This document shows, one piece after another, positions 26,915 through 38,057 of a stretch of 64,000 bases of DNA (position 1 is the stretch's first letter; the number at the start of each line of letters is the position of its first letter). The notes below the pieces were generated by a model, which saw only the letters and a list, made by a program, of their open reading frames with translations, was not told where the DNA came from and did not search any database. The stretch is from Nitrospinales bacterium (GTDB lineage Bacteria > Nitrospinota > Nitrospinia > Nitrospinales > VA-1), in the NCBI GenBank assembly GCA_965223345.1, contig CBDCWG010000012.1, positions 1,792,001-1,856,000 on the forward strand, in the 5' to 3' direction. The position numbers and the translations under genes were made by a program.

Positions 26915-29032
26915 TCAGCGGACGCAGGTGAGTTCGATGCGCCGTCTTGCGATGTCCACGTCGTGAATGCGGACCGTCACCGGATCCCCGATGGTGAAGG
27001 TGCGGTGGCGGCGTTGTCCCTGCAGCTTGTGCTCGGTCTCGAAAAAAATGTAGTAATCGTCGGTGAGGGAGGAAACCCGCACCAGCCCTTCCACGTACAC
27101 ATCCGTCAGCTCCACGAAAAACCCGAAGGCGGTGACGCCGATGATGAAGCCGGAATAGGTCTCGCCGATTTTGTCCAGCATGAACTGGGCCCGGCGCAGG
27201 TCGTTGATCTCGCGTTCGATCTCCATCGCCTTGCGTTCGGTCGCCGAGGACTGCTCCGCCTGTTCGGCGATTTTGGGCAGCAGGCGTTTTTTCTCTCTCT
27301 GGGAACACTTGCGTTTCTTGAGAAACATCTTGAGCAGCCGGTGGGTGATGAGGTCCGGGTAGCGCCGGATGGGCGAGGTGAAATGGGTGTAATGCTCGAA
27401 GCCAAGCGCGAAGTGGCCCGGGTCCTTTTCCGAATAGATGGCTTTTTTCATCGCCCGCAGCAGCAGCAGGTTGATCGTGCGCTCTTCCTTGTGGCCTTTC
27501 GCGCGTTTGAGCAGGTTCTGCAGGTCCACCGACCGCACGTTGCGCGTGCTTCTGAGCCTCAGGCCGAACGAGGCGATGAACTGGTTGAAGTCGGCGATTT
27601 TTTCCTCGTCCGGCTTTTCGTGGATGCGGTGGATGACGGGGACGTTTTTTTCCGTGAGAAAGCGCGCGATCTCCCGGTTGGCGGCCAGCATGAATTCCTC
27701 GATCAGCTCGTGCGCGTCGTTGTGCTCGGCGAGCTTGATGCCGGTGACCTTGCCGTTCTTGTCCACCTCGATTTCCGGCTCCGGGATGTTCATGTCCACG
27801 CTGCCTTTCTGGAAGCGGTTTTTCCGCAGCGTCTGGGAGAGCGTGTGCATGTGTTTGAGAACCGGCAGCGCGTCGGGGAATTTTTTGTCCGGATCTCCCT
27901 TCTTCAACAGCGCCGCAACCTGTTTGTAAGTGAAACGGATTTTGCTTTGAATGGTGGAGAGAAACGATTTGGAACCCAGCACCGTGCCGTTCGCATCGAA
28001 ATCGATCACCACGCTCACGGTCAGGCGCTTGACCCCCGGCTTGAGGCTGCAGATTTCGTTGGAAAGCTGCACCGGCAGCATGGGGATGACGCCGTCGGGG
28101 TAGTAGGTGCTGGTGCCGCGCTGGAAGGCTTCCTTGTCGAGCAGCGAATCCTCGCGCACGAAATGGCTGACGTCGGCGATGTGCACACCGAGCCGGTAGA
28201 CGCCTTTGAGCATTTCCAGCGACACGGCGTCGTCGAAATCCTTGGCCTTTTCGCCGTCGATGGTGAAGATCAACTGTTTTGTGAGGTCCTTGCGCTGCTC
28301 GTCGGCGTCGCCTTCGGCCAGGGTCTTTTCCACCCGTGTGGCTTCGGCCAGAACCCTGGGCGGAAATTCCTTGTGCACGCCGAATTTGCGGAAGATGGAT
28401 TTGATCTCCACTTCCGGATCGTCGGTGAATCCCAGGACTTCCGTCACCCGGCCCTGCGGCGGCTGGTGGTTGCTGGGCGGCGCGTCGATCTTGACGGTCA
28501 CCACCTGTCCGGGTTTCGCGCCGCCTTTTTTCTTGGCGGGCACGAACACATCGTGGACGTATTTTTCCTCCATCGGGATCACCCAGCCGTTGGCGCCGAA
28601 CTTTTCGAACACGCCCACCAGCGACTGCGTGTTGCGCTGGACGATGCGGATCACCCGGCCTTCCGGCCGGTCGCGGCCGCGCCGCGTCTCGACGCGGGCG
28701 ATCACCTTGTCCAGGTGCATGGCCGTGTTGGTCTGGGTGCGGGCGATGTAGAGATCCTCGCCGTCCTCTTTGTTGTCCGGTGTCACGAAACCGTAGCCGT
28801 TGGGATGGCCCTTGAAGATGCCGGTGACAAGGTTCATGGCGTCCGGAAGCCCGTAGCGGCCGCCGCGGATGCGGATCAGCGTCCCCGCCTGAGCCATGTC
28901 CTTGACCTTGTTGCGAAACTCGCGCCGCTGGGTGTCCGGAATGGCGAGCTGTTTGACCAGTTCGCTGATCTTCATCGGATGGCTGGATTTTTTGCGGAGC
29001 AGGCTTAAGATGGATTCTTCGGTGAGCTTCAT
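26915..29032 (-). CDS. rnr: ribonuclease R
   Basis: TIDGEKAKDFDDA, HFTSPIRRYPD, N-terminal HTH/CSD, C-terminal S1. Confidence 0.96.
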   Translation of the reverse strand: MKLTEESILSLLRKKSSHPMKISELVKQLAIPDTQRREFRNKVKDMAQAGTLIRIRGGRYGLPDAMNLVTGIFKGHPNGYGFVTPDNKEDGEDLYIARTQTNTAMHLDKVIARVETRRGRDRPEGRVIRIVQRNTQSLVGVFEKFGANGWVIPMEEKYVHDVFVPAKKKGGAKPGQVVTVKIDAPPSNHQPPQGRVTEVLGFTDDPEVEIKSIFRKFGVHKEFPPRVLAEATRVEKTLAEGDADEQRKDLTKQLIFTIDGEKAKDFDDAVSLEMLKGVYRLGVHIADVSHFVREDSLLDKEAFQRGTSTYYPDGVIPMLPVQLSNEICSLKPGVKRLTVSVVIDFDANGTVLGSKSFLSTIQSKIRFTYKQVAALLKKGDPDKKFPDALPVLKHMHTLSQTLRKNRFQKGSVDMNIPEPEIEVDKNGKVTGIKLAEHNDAHELIEEFMLAANREIARFLTEKNVPVIHRIHEKPDEEKIADFNQFIASFGLRLRSTRNVRSVDLQNLLKRAKGHKEERTINLLLLRAMKKAIYSEKDPGHFALGFEHYTHFTSPIRRYPDLITHRLLKMFLKKRKCSQREKKRLLPKIAEQAEQSSATERKAMEIEREINDLRRAQFMLDKIGETYSGFIIGVTAFGFFVELTDVYVEGLVRVSSLTDDYYIFFETEHKLQGQRRHRTFTIGDPVTVRIHDVDIARRRIELTCVR

Positions 29033-29255
29033 TGAGGGGCCTTGAAGTTTCCTTAGGGTTATATCCAAAAAAGACGCCCGTGACAATCCTTTCGGCTTCA
29101 CGAAGGCGGTAAGTGTCCGCACCGCGCTCGATTGCGGGGCGGGATGGGCCGCGTGGGCTCAGCGGGAAAGTGGCTTTTTCGGTCGCTTTTGCTTTTTTGC
29201 CCGCGGTTCCTTATAATTCGGCATTTATTTGCAACGTTTTGCATTGGGAGTGGTT

Positions 29256-31343
29256 GTGCTGATCGAGCTGGACTGGTTGAAAGAATACATCGACGTCGAG
29301 GTTTCCGCCGAGGAAATGGCGCGCACGCTCACGATGGGCGGGCTGGAACTGGAATCGCTGGAAGCGGTGGAGGTGTCGCAGGGAGTGAAGCGGGATGTCC
29401 TGGAACTCAACGTGACGCCCAACCGCGGTTATTGCCTGAGCTACCGCGGCGTCGCGCGCGAGGCGGCGGCGCTTCTGGGCAGCCCGCTGAAACTGGCGTC
29501 ACCCGAAACACAGCTTAACGAAAGCTGGGGCCAAACGCCTGTGGAAAAAGCCGTCACGGTATTGAACCAGGAACCGGAGTTGTGCCCCCGCTATGCGGCG
29601 ATGGTGATCGAAAACGTCAAGCCGGGCCCCTCACCCAAATGGCTGGCCGACAGGTTGATCTCGATCGGTCTTCGGCCCATCAACAACATCGTCGATATCA
29701 CCAATTTCGTGATGATGGAGTACGGCCAGCCGCTGCATGCGTTCGACCGCGAGCTGCTCGCCGACAAGGCCATCGTGATCCGGCGCGCCTATAATAAGGA
29801 AGCCTTCACCAGCCTGGACGGAACCGACTTGACGCTCGGGGAGGACGCCTTGGTCATCGCCGATGCCAAAAAAGCCGTGGCGCTTGCGGGCATCATGGGC
29901 GGCGGCAACAGCGAGGTGTCGGAAACAACCCGCAACGTGGTTTTAGAGAGCGCCTGCTTCGATCCGTTCACGGTGCGCAAGGGCTCGAAAAAATACGGGC
30001 TGCGCAGCGATTCCTCCTACCGCTTCGAGCGGGGGGTGGACATCGACGGCGTGATCGAGGCGCAGGCGCGGGCGGCGTTGCTCATTAAAGAACTGGCCGG
30101 CGGCGAAATCTGCCGCGGCCGCATCGATGTGTATCCGAAACCGCGCGCCGCGAAAACCGTGACGCTGCGGGTGGACCGGGTGAACCGGGTGCTTGGCACC
30201 GAATTGACCTCGCAGGCGATACAGGCTTATCTCGAACGGCTGGGGATGCCCTGGAAAGAGGCATCCGGTGACCTTGCGGTGACGCTGCCGAGTTTCCGGC
30301 CGCAGCTCGCGCGTGAGATCGACCTGATCGAGGAAATCGCCCGCCTGCACGGTTACGACAACGTCGCGGTGTCCTCGCCGCGGGCGGAAGTCTGCCCGGT
30401 GCGGTTTTCGCGCAAAAACACCAGCATCCGCACTGCCAGGGACACGCTGTGCCGACTGGGGTACGCGGAGGCGATCCATTACAGTTTCATCGATGCAAGT
30501 GCGTCCTCGGACTTCAAGGCCGCGTTCGGCGGCAACGGGGCGGACACGATTCCCATCAGCAACCCGCTGAGCGGCGAATGGTCCACCATGCGTTCGAGTC
30601 TCTTGCCCGGCTTGATCGCCACCGCCGCCCGCAATGTGAGCAAAGGTCAGAGACCGGTGCGGATTTTCGAAGTGGGCGAGGTGTTCTACCGTGCGCAGGC
30701 GAACGGGCCGGTGGTGGAGAAGACCTGTGTCGCCGCGTTGTTGAGCGGCAACCAGGAAGTGCAGTTGTGGAAAGACCCGGCGAAGCCCTACGACTTTTTC
30801 GATCTGAAAGGCGCTCTGGAAACCGTGATGGCGCAGTTCAAAGAGCGGCTGGAATTCGCCGACAGCGAGCGGCCGTTTTTGAGCCCCGGAAAATCGGTCG
30901 ATTGTATTCTCGACGGCAAAACGGTCGGCTGCCTCGGCGAACTCCGGCCGGACTGGGGGCGCAAGTTCGAGCTGGAGCAAAACGCGCTGGTGTTCGAGAT
31001 CGATTTCGACACGCTGGTGGAGGCGCTTCCGGGGCCGCCGCGCTTTCAGCCGATTCCCAAGTTCCCCGGCACCTACCGCGACATTTCCGTGCTGGTGGAC
31101 CGGTCGGTGTCGGCGCAGGCGGTGCAGGACCTGATCGCGGCGGCGAGCGCGCCGCTTCTGGACAGCGTCGATCTGTACGATCATTTCGAAGGGAAAAAAA
31201 TCGAGGCGGGAAAAAAGAGTCTGACCTTCGCGCTGCGGTTTCAGTCGCTGGAAAAAACGCTCACCGATGAAGAAGTGAATCCCGTGTTCGAGAAAATCGT
31301 GCAAACCCTTGCCGAAAAACTGGGTGCGTCTTTGCGCGAATGA
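29256..31343 (+). CDS. pheT: phenylalanine-tRNA ligase beta subunit (short form)
   Basis: TPNRG, NNIVDITN, GQPLHAFD, RFERG, DLIEEIAR, C-terminal FDX-ACB (KKSLTF); likely GTG start. Confidence 0.95.
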   Translation: MLIELDWLKEYIDVEVSAEEMARTLTMGGLELESLEAVEVSQGVKRDVLELNVTPNRGYCLSYRGVAREAAALLGSPLKLASPETQLNESWGQTPVEKAVTVLNQEPELCPRYAAMVIENVKPGPSPKWLADRLISIGLRPINNIVDITNFVMMEYGQPLHAFDRELLADKAIVIRRAYNKEAFTSLDGTDLTLGEDALVIADAKKAVALAGIMGGGNSEVSETTRNVVLESACFDPFTVRKGSKKYGLRSDSSYRFERGVDIDGVIEAQARAALLIKELAGGEICRGRIDVYPKPRAAKTVTLRVDRVNRVLGTELTSQAIQAYLERLGMPWKEASGDLAVTLPSFRPQLAREIDLIEEIARLHGYDNVAVSSPRAEVCPVRFSRKNTSIRTARDTLCRLGYAEAIHYSFIDASASSDFKAAFGGNGADTIPISNPLSGEWSTMRSSLLPGLIATAARNVSKGQRPVRIFEVGEVFYRAQANGPVVEKTCVAALLSGNQEVQLWKDPAKPYDFFDLKGALETVMAQFKERLEFADSERPFLSPGKSVDCILDGKTVGCLGELRPDWGRKFELEQNALVFEIDFDTLVEALPGPPRFQPIPKFPGTYRDISVLVDRSVSAQAVQDLIAAASAPLLDSVDLYDHFEGKKIEAGKKSLTFALRFQSLEKTLTDEEVNPVFEKIVQTLAEKLGASLRE

Positions 31344-31400
31344 CACAGGCAACACCTGTTGATCATTGACACCTCAAATTGCCGGTGCTACGATTCGGAT

Positions 31401-31679
31401 ATGAAAGCGGAAAAGATTGAAAAATTGTCTTTCCTGGTCACATCCATCGTCGATGAGCTGCATCAGTTGAAGACCGAAAACCAGCGGTTGAACGAACTGA
31501 TTCTCGAGCTCGACCAAAAAAACCAGGCCGCTCACGCCTTCCAGGAAAAGGCTGCCAAGGATCTGGACCTTCTCGACAGCCTCAAAGCGATGAATCAGAA
31601 AATGGAGAAGGAACAGTCCGAGATCCGCTCCAAGGTGCAAACCATTCTGAACGACCTCAAAGAAATGGATTGCTCCTGA
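31401..31679 (+). CDS. ZapB-like coiled-coil cell division protein
   Basis: Coiled-coil heptads (LKTENQRL); located between pheT and zapA. Confidence 0.65.
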   Translation: MKAEKIEKLSFLVTSIVDELHQLKTENQRLNELILELDQKNQAAHAFQEKAAKDLDLLDSLKAMNQKMEKEQSEIRSKVQTILNDLKEMDCS

Positions 31680-31737
31680 ACTGCCACCGGTCGGGAACGC
31701 TTCCTTTTTCCGATCACACTTTATCGCCGATCGACCC

Positions 31738-32031
31738 ATGTCCTCTAGCACAGTGATCAAGATCAACGGGAAAACGTACAAGATCAAGAACGGCTCGTTT
31801 TCCGTGGACCCGCAGCAGGTGGCGAACCTGGTGGACGCCAAGATGCGCGAGTTGTCCGGCGCGCGCGGCAGCACGTCCACGCAGGACCTCGCGGTGCTCA
31901 CCGCACTCAACATCGCGCACGACCTGCTGGAGGTGCGGCGCAAGATGAAGGACCTGGAAACCTCCAGTGAAACCGGGCTCGACCGGCTCATCGAATTCAT
32001 GGAAAAAGAGGTTGAAAATATTAAATCCTGA
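31738..32031 (+). CDS. zapA: cell division protein ZapA
   Basis: INGKTY, VDAKMREL, AVLTALNIA. Confidence 0.9.
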   Translation: MSSSTVIKINGKTYKIKNGSFSVDPQQVANLVDAKMRELSGARGSTSTQDLAVLTALNIAHDLLEVRRKMKDLETSSETGLDRLIEFMEKEVENIKS

Positions 32032-32055
32032 TGGTTTTCGCGGATTGAATATTTC

Positions 32056-32084
32056 TTGAGAGGCAGGAGTCTTTGTGTTAGGAT
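32056..32084 (+). promoter_or_regulatory. sigma70-like promoter for 6S RNA
   Basis: TTGAGA-17 nt-TAGGAT. Confidence 0.5.
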
Positions 32085-32107
32085 TGTGTTAACGAAATAA
32101 GAGGGTT

Positions 32108-32286
32108 GCTTCCCTGTTATGTTCGTATAAGAATTGTATTTTTTGAGCCAACATTTTGTAAAAGGGGTTGATGAATCGGCTGCGGTGAGCAGGCCTTTAA
32201 CGAGGAAGCCTAAAGCAGCTTACGGATACCCCACCTGTCCTTGACAGGTTCAAAAAATGGTTTTTGTACGGCATCAACGGGGAAGC
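32108..32286 (+). ncRNA. ssrS: 6S RNA
   Basis: About 180 nt; ends pair (GCTTCCCTGTT...AACGGGGAAGC), inner TTTTTTGAGCC/GGTTCAAAAAA stem; canonical zapA-ssrS-5-FCL synteny. Confidence 0.88.
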
Positions 32287-32807
32287 TTCTTTTTGCTTTG
32301 AACGCGCAAAGGGGCTGAATCGGCCAAATCCGAGCGGTTATGATGACAGCGGGGACATTGGCAGTGTTGGTTGCAAAATGGGTGTCGGTCTTGTTATCGA
32401 TTCCATCGGCGGCAGGAAGTTTTTTTGGGAGCGACGATTCTGAACGGAGCCGGTCCTTGGCTTTCGTTTTTCGTGATAATTGGTTTTTCGGTCATTTCCC
32501 CAGGGATCTATCCCTCATAGATCTTAAGGTCCGAAGAGGTTCGCCTCTTCCCGTGCCATTGCGTCATCGCCCCCGCAAATCGTATCCCTGAAGCTTTCCA
32601 CTCTCATCCGGTCCACTTCCGGGTATCTTCACCTCCTTTGCGGATTCATCCTTTTTGCCAGCGAAAACCGTCATTTTGATGGAAAAAAGCGTCTTTGCGG
32701 CGTTTTTACGCCTTCTGGGGCGGTAAAATGGCCCCCAAACGGGCGGTTTTGGCTAAAAGCTGTTTTATTTCAGGCGGTTATTTAGTAAGTTCGTAGGTGA
32801 TCGGTGC

Positions 32808-33422
32808 GTGACGGCCTCAACTCGGTCCCCGGATGCTCCTGTGGAATCCATCCAGCAACTGAAAGCTTCGATCCGGGCGGACATGATCAAAAAACGCAAG
32901 CGGTTGAGCCCGGAAACGGTGCAGGGCAAAAGCCTTGCGATCGCAGCGCGTTTTTTTGAGCTGGAAGAGTTCCAGAACAGCCGCAACCTGCTTTTTTATT
33001 TGTCGCTTGCGAGCGAAGTGCAGACGGATCGTATGATCCGGCGTTCGCTCGATCTGGGCAAGCGGGTCTGTGTTCCCATCCTGGCGCCGGGCAAGCGGCT
33101 CGAGGTGTCCGAGATCCGCACGCTGGATCTGGAATTTGCCGTCCGCGCTCTCGGCGTGCGGGAACCCAGGGCCGAGGACCGGATCCCGGCGGATGCCGGG
33201 GATCTCGATCTGATCGTGGTTCCGGGGCTGGCGTTCGACACGCACGGCGCGCGCATCGGCTACGGAGGCGGTTATTTCGATCGCTTTCTCGCGGATGCCT
33301 GCGAACGCGCGCGGCGGGTGGCGCTGGCGTTCGATTTTCAGATCCTGCCGTCTGTGCCGCAGACCGAACAGGATGTGCCGGTGCACCGGATTTTGACGGA
33401 GACTACCACCATAAACTGCTGA
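32808..33422 (+). CDS. 5-formyltetrahydrofolate cyclo-ligase
   Basis: VPGLAFD..G.RIGYGGGYFDR. Confidence 0.95.
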   Translation: MTASTRSPDAPVESIQQLKASIRADMIKKRKRLSPETVQGKSLAIAARFFELEEFQNSRNLLFYLSLASEVQTDRMIRRSLDLGKRVCVPILAPGKRLEVSEIRTLDLEFAVRALGVREPRAEDRIPADAGDLDLIVVPGLAFDTHGARIGYGGGYFDRFLADACERARRVALAFDFQILPSVPQTEQDVPVHRILTETTTINC

Positions 33423-33469
33423 ACCCGTGAACGGGCGAAGGGTTTATTTCATATAGAAAGGCCAGGAAA

Positions 33470-35056
33470 ATGGACTTTTTCCTCAATGTGAACGTCAATT
33501 TCATCACCCTGCTTGTGGGCATGTTCGTCGCCCTCGTGGCGGGTTATTTCGCGGGTTATTTTCTCCGCAAAATGCTCACGCAATATCAGATCAAAGAAGC
33601 CGAAGAGGCCAGACATAAAATCCTGCGGGACGCCGAAGATGAAGCGAAGAACCGCTTGAAAACCGCCGAAATCGAGGCGCGCGAAAAACAGCTGGTCGCC
33701 AAAAGCGAATTCGACCGCGAAATGAAGGAAAAGCAGGACGAGTTGCGCCAGCAGGAGAACAAGATACTCAAAAAAGAAGAAGCGTTCCGGCAGGAGGCGG
33801 ACCGGGTGCGCAACCGCGAACGCGAACTCGACAAGCAGTTGAACCAGCTGACCTCGCGGGAAGAGGCGGTGAAACAGGAAAAGAGCAAATACGAGAACCT
33901 CATTCAGGAAGAACTCGCCAAGCTGGAGGGCATCAGCTCCTACACCGCCGAGCAGGCGAAAGAGGAAATCAAAAAGAAAGTCCTCGACGAGGCCAAGATG
34001 GACGCGGCGCGCGAGGTGAAAAAGATCGAGGAAAAAGCCAAATCGACCGCCGAGGAAGAGGCGCGCAAGCTGATCACCATGGCGGTGCAGCGGATCGCCT
34101 CGGATCATGTGGCGGAAAGCACGGTTTCGGTGGTCGAGCTGCCCAACGACGAGATCAAGGGAAGGATCATCGGCCGCGAAGGCCGCAACATCCGGGCGCT
34201 CGAGCAGTGCACCGGCGTCGATCTGATCATCGACGACACGCCGGGGGCGGTGGTGCTTTCCGGTTTCGATTCCATCCGCCGGGAAGTGGCGCGGCGTTCG
34301 CTGGAAAAACTCACGCAGGACGGACGCATCCACCCCGGGCGCATCGAGGATGTGGTCAAAAAATGCCAGAAGGAAGTCACCCAGCAGATCAAGGAGGCCG
34401 GGGAGCAGGCGATCCTCGATGTGGAAATCGACAACGTGCATCCGGACATGGTCCGTCTACTGGGCCGGCTGAAATACCGCACCAGCTACACGCAGAACGT
34501 GCTGGAACACGTCAAGGAGGTGGCCTGGATCTGCGGCACCATCGCGGCGGAGCTGGGGCTCGATGTCGTGCTCGCCAAGCGGGCGGGGCTGCTGCACGAC
34601 ATCGGCAAGGCCATCGACCACCAGACCGACGGCACCCACACGCAGCTGGGCGTCGAGGTGGCCAAGCGCTACAACGAGCACAAATACGTGATCAACGCCA
34701 TCGCGGCGCACCACGAGGATGTGGAGCCCGAGTCGATGTACGCAGTGCTGGTGGCGGCGGCGGACACGATCTCCGCATCGCGGCCGGGCGCTCGGCGCGA
34801 GATGCTGGAGACCTACGTCAAGCGCATGTCGAAGCTGGAGGAGATCGGCGATTCCTACAAGGGCGTCGAGAAAACCTACGCCATCCAGGCGGGGCGGGAG
34901 GTCCGCATCATCGTCGTTCCCGACGGCATCACCGACGAGGAATCGCATCTGCTGGCCCGCGATGTGGCGAAACGCATCGAGAAGGAAGTCACCTATCCCG
35001 GAGAAATCAAGATCACCGTTGTCCGGGAGCGGCGTTTTACGGAAATCGCCCGCTGA
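33470..35056 (+). CDS. rny: ribonuclease Y
   Basis: N-terminal TM, coiled coil, [13 protein letters not shown] (KH), LLHDIGK (HD). Confidence 0.97.
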   Translation: MDFFLNVNVNFITLLVGMFVALVAGYFAGYFLRKMLTQYQIKEAEEARHKILRDAEDEAKNRLKTAEIEAREKQLVAKSEFDREMKEKQDELRQQENKILKKEEAFRQEADRVRNRERELDKQLNQLTSREEAVKQEKSKYENLIQEELAKLEGISSYTAEQAKEEIKKKVLDEAKMDAAREVKKIEEKAKSTAEEEARKLITMAVQRIASDHVAESTVSVVELPNDEIKGRIIGREGRNIRALEQCTGVDLIIDDTPGAVVLSGFDSIRREVARRSLEKLTQDGRIHPGRIEDVVKKCQKEVTQQIKEAGEQAILDVEIDNVHPDMVRLLGRLKYRTSYTQNVLEHVKEVAWICGTIAAELGLDVVLAKRAGLLHDIGKAIDHQTDGTHTQLGVEVAKRYNEHKYVINAIAAHHEDVEPESMYAVLVAAADTISASRPGARREMLETYVKRMSKLEEIGDSYKGVEKTYAIQAGREVRIIVVPDGITDEESHLLARDVAKRIEKEVTYPGEIKITVVRERRFTEIAR

Positions 35057-35128
35057 CGGGCGTCTTACCCACTAACCGGGCCGGCGCGCGCCGGCCCCCT
35101 GCGTGATCTTGGATTCAAGCTGCATTTC

Positions 35129-36670
35129 ATGGAAGATTCGGGTCAACTCATCAAGCAACGGCGTGAAAAAGTCGAGGAACTGAAAGCGCAGGGGATTTCG
35201 CCTTTCAACAACCGCTTCAAGGTGGACGCCTCGCTCGGCAGCCTGGTCGCGCAATATTCGGAAAACTCCAAGGAGGAACTGGAAGCGCTGGCGCTGGAGT
35301 ACACCCTTTCCGGCCGGGTGATGGCGCGGCGCAAGCACGGCAAGACCACGTTCGTGCAGATCAAGGACGGTTCCGGCGAGGTGCAGGTGTACGTGAAAAA
35401 GGACGACATCGGCGCCGAGAATTACGAGCTGTTCAGCAAATTCGACATCGGCGATTTCATCGGCGTGCGCGGCAAGCTCTCCAAGACCCGCACCGGCGAG
35501 CTGACCCTGTTCGCCAAGGAAGTGCAGCTGGTGACCAAATCGCTGCTGCCGTTGCCGGAGAAATGGCACGGTCTCAAGGACATCGAGCTGCGCTACCGGC
35601 AGCGCTATGTGGACCTGATCGTCAACCCGGAGGTGAAGCAGATTTTCATCCACAGAAGCCGCATCATCCAGGCGATCCGCCAGTTTCTCAACGACCGGGA
35701 CTACCTGGAAGTGGAAACGCCGATGATGCAGTCGATCCCCGGCGGCGCCACCGCCAAACCGTTCAAGACGCATCACAACGCGCTCAACATGGAGTTGTAC
35801 CTCAGGGTCGCGCCGGAGCTTTATCTGAAGCGGCTGGTGGTGGGGGGCATGGAGCGGGTGTTCGAGATCAACCGCAACTTCCGCAACGAGGGGATCTCGA
35901 CCGAGCACAACCCCGAGTTCACCATGCTGGAGTTTTACACGGCCTACGCCGATTACAACGACCTGATGGACCTCACCGAAGAGATGTTCCGCTACATCGG
36001 CCAGACGGTGTTCAACACGCTCACTTTCGAATACAAGCACCGGGTCGAGGGGAAAGAAGTGAGCGATCGGTTCGATTTTTCCAAACCCTTTTTGCGCTGT
36101 CCGTTCAAGCAGTCTCTGGCGGAGATCGGCGGCATTCCGATGGACACGGTCGAGGATCCGGGCAAGGCCACCGCCTACGCTCTGGAACACAAGGTCGCGC
36201 TGGAAAAAAAGGACACGCACGAAAAAATCCTGGCCAAGCTGTTCGATCATTTCGTGGAGCCCAAACTGATCCAGCCGACGTTCATCACCGATTACCCGGC
36301 GGCGCTGTCGCCGCTGTCGCAGCGCAAAAAGGACGACCCGACGCTGGTGGAGCGGTTCGAGCTGTTCATCGGCCGCAAGGAGATCGCCAACGCCTACACC
36401 GAGCTCAACGATCCCATCGACCAGAAGCTGCGTTTCGAAGAGCAGGTGGCGGAACGCCAGGCCGGAGACGAAGAGGCGCACTGGATGGATCACGATTTTA
36501 TCCGCGCCCTGGAATACGGAATGCCCCCGACAGCCGGAGAGGGCATCGGTATCGACCGGCTGACCATGCTGTTCACGAACTCGCAGTCCATTCGCGATGT
36601 CATCCTGTTCCCGCAGATGAAAAAGGAATTCTCTCCGTCCCAGGGAGAGGCCCAGGATCCCAGCCAGTGA
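35129..36670 (+). CDS. lysS: lysine-tRNA ligase (class II)
   Basis: [35 protein letters not shown]. Confidence 0.98.
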   Translation: MEDSGQLIKQRREKVEELKAQGISPFNNRFKVDASLGSLVAQYSENSKEELEALALEYTLSGRVMARRKHGKTTFVQIKDGSGEVQVYVKKDDIGAENYELFSKFDIGDFIGVRGKLSKTRTGELTLFAKEVQLVTKSLLPLPEKWHGLKDIELRYRQRYVDLIVNPEVKQIFIHRSRIIQAIRQFLNDRDYLEVETPMMQSIPGGATAKPFKTHHNALNMELYLRVAPELYLKRLVVGGMERVFEINRNFRNEGISTEHNPEFTMLEFYTAYADYNDLMDLTEEMFRYIGQTVFNTLTFEYKHRVEGKEVSDRFDFSKPFLRCPFKQSLAEIGGIPMDTVEDPGKATAYALEHKVALEKKDTHEKILAKLFDHFVEPKLIQPTFITDYPAALSPLSQRKKDDPTLVERFELFIGRKEIANAYTELNDPIDQKLRFEEQVAERQAGDEEAHWMDHDFIRALEYGMPPTAGEGIGIDRLTMLFTNSQSIRDVILFPQMKKEFSPSQGEAQDPSQ

Positions 36671-36728
36671 GCCGATGCAGCCGGGGCCGGCCGGCTGGGA
36701 CGCGCCACTATTCATAGGAAACTTCTTC

Positions 36729-38012
36729 ATGGCTTACGAGTTGTTCGTCAGTCTCAGGCACCTGCGGGCCAAACGCACCCAGAAATTCATCTCGCTCAAC
36801 ACCTGGATCTCGATCGGCGGCGTGGCGCTCGGCGTCATGGCGCTGATCGTCGTCATCGCCGTCATGTCCGGCTTCGGCAAGGATCTGCGCGACAAGATCC
36901 TCGGCACCAACAGCCACGCGGTGGTGACCAACGTGAACCGTTCGGGCATGGAGAACTTCGAGGTCATCGTCGATCAGATCAAGGCGTTCCCGGGCGTGGT
37001 GGGGGCGGCGCCGTTCATCATGAACCAGGTGATGGTGACCTTCGGCGACACGGTGTCCGGCATCGTGGTGAGGGGGGTGGACCCCAGGCGCGAGAAAGGG
37101 GTTTCCGATCTGGAGAAAAACCTCAAGCAGGGCGATCTTGAATTCTTGAGAGCGGAAATGGCGGCCGCGGCTTCCGAGGACATCGAAGCGCCGGCGCGGG
37201 CGGGGGTGATCCTCGGGCGGGAGCTCGCCAACCGCATGGGCGTCGTGATGGGCGATGTGGTGTCGATGGTGTCCCCGGCGTCGCGCATCACGCCGATGGG
37301 GCTGATTCCCAAGATGAAGCTGTTCGAGGTTGCCGGCATTTTTCAGTCCGGCATGTACGAATACGATTCCAACCTGGCTTTCGTGTCCATCCCGGCGGCG
37401 CAGAGCTTTTTCTCGATGCGCGGCAAGGTGTCCGGCGTGGAAGTGTGGGTGGAGGACATCGAGCAGGCCGCCGTCATCGCGACCGACATCCAGAAAAAAC
37501 TCGGCTTTCCCTATTACGTGAAAGACTGGATGCGCATGAACAAGAATCTTTTTTCGGCGCTGAAGCTGGAAAAGATCGTCATGTTCATCATTCTCATCCT
37601 GATCATCCTGGTGGCGGCGTTCAACATCATCAGCACGCTGTTCATGGTGGTGATGGAAAAGACCAAGGAGATCGCCATTTTGAAATCGATGGGGGCGACG
37701 AGCCGCAGCATCGTGAAGATCTTCAGCTTTCAGGGGCTGTTCATCGGGCTCATCGGCACCGCGCTCGGTTGCGCGCTCGGATTCACCATCGTGCCGAACC
37801 TCAACCCGATCGTCGCCGGCATCGAAAACCTGTTCGGCATCACCGCGTTTCCGGGCAACGTGTACTATCTCGACAAGCTGCCGGACGACATTCAATGGAT
37901 GGATTCGCTGCTGATCGTGGTGTTCTCGATCATCATCTGCTTTCTCGCATCGCTGTATCCCGCGTGGCGTGCGTCGCGGCTCAACCCGGTGGACGGGCTG
38001 CGCTATGAATGA
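36729..38012 (+). CDS. lipoprotein-releasing ABC transporter permease (LolC/E family), copy 1
   Basis: GVMALIVVIAVMSGF, AAFNIISTL, EIAILKSMG, YPAWRAS; TPMG loop. Confidence 0.93.
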   Translation: MAYELFVSLRHLRAKRTQKFISLNTWISIGGVALGVMALIVVIAVMSGFGKDLRDKILGTNSHAVVTNVNRSGMENFEVIVDQIKAFPGVVGAAPFIMNQVMVTFGDTVSGIVVRGVDPRREKGVSDLEKNLKQGDLEFLRAEMAAAASEDIEAPARAGVILGRELANRMGVVMGDVVSMVSPASRITPMGLIPKMKLFEVAGIFQSGMYEYDSNLAFVSIPAAQSFFSMRGKVSGVEVWVEDIEQAAVIATDIQKKLGFPYYVKDWMRMNKNLFSALKLEKIVMFIILILIILVAAFNIISTLFMVVMEKTKEIAILKSMGATSRSIVKIFSFQGLFIGLIGTALGCALGFTIVPNLNPIVAGIENLFGITAFPGNVYYLDKLPDDIQWMDSLLIVVFSIIICFLASLYPAWRASRLNPVDGLRYE

Positions 38013-38057
38013 CGGCGTTCCCGCCACGGGTTGCATTTTGCAAAGGAAAACCATCGC

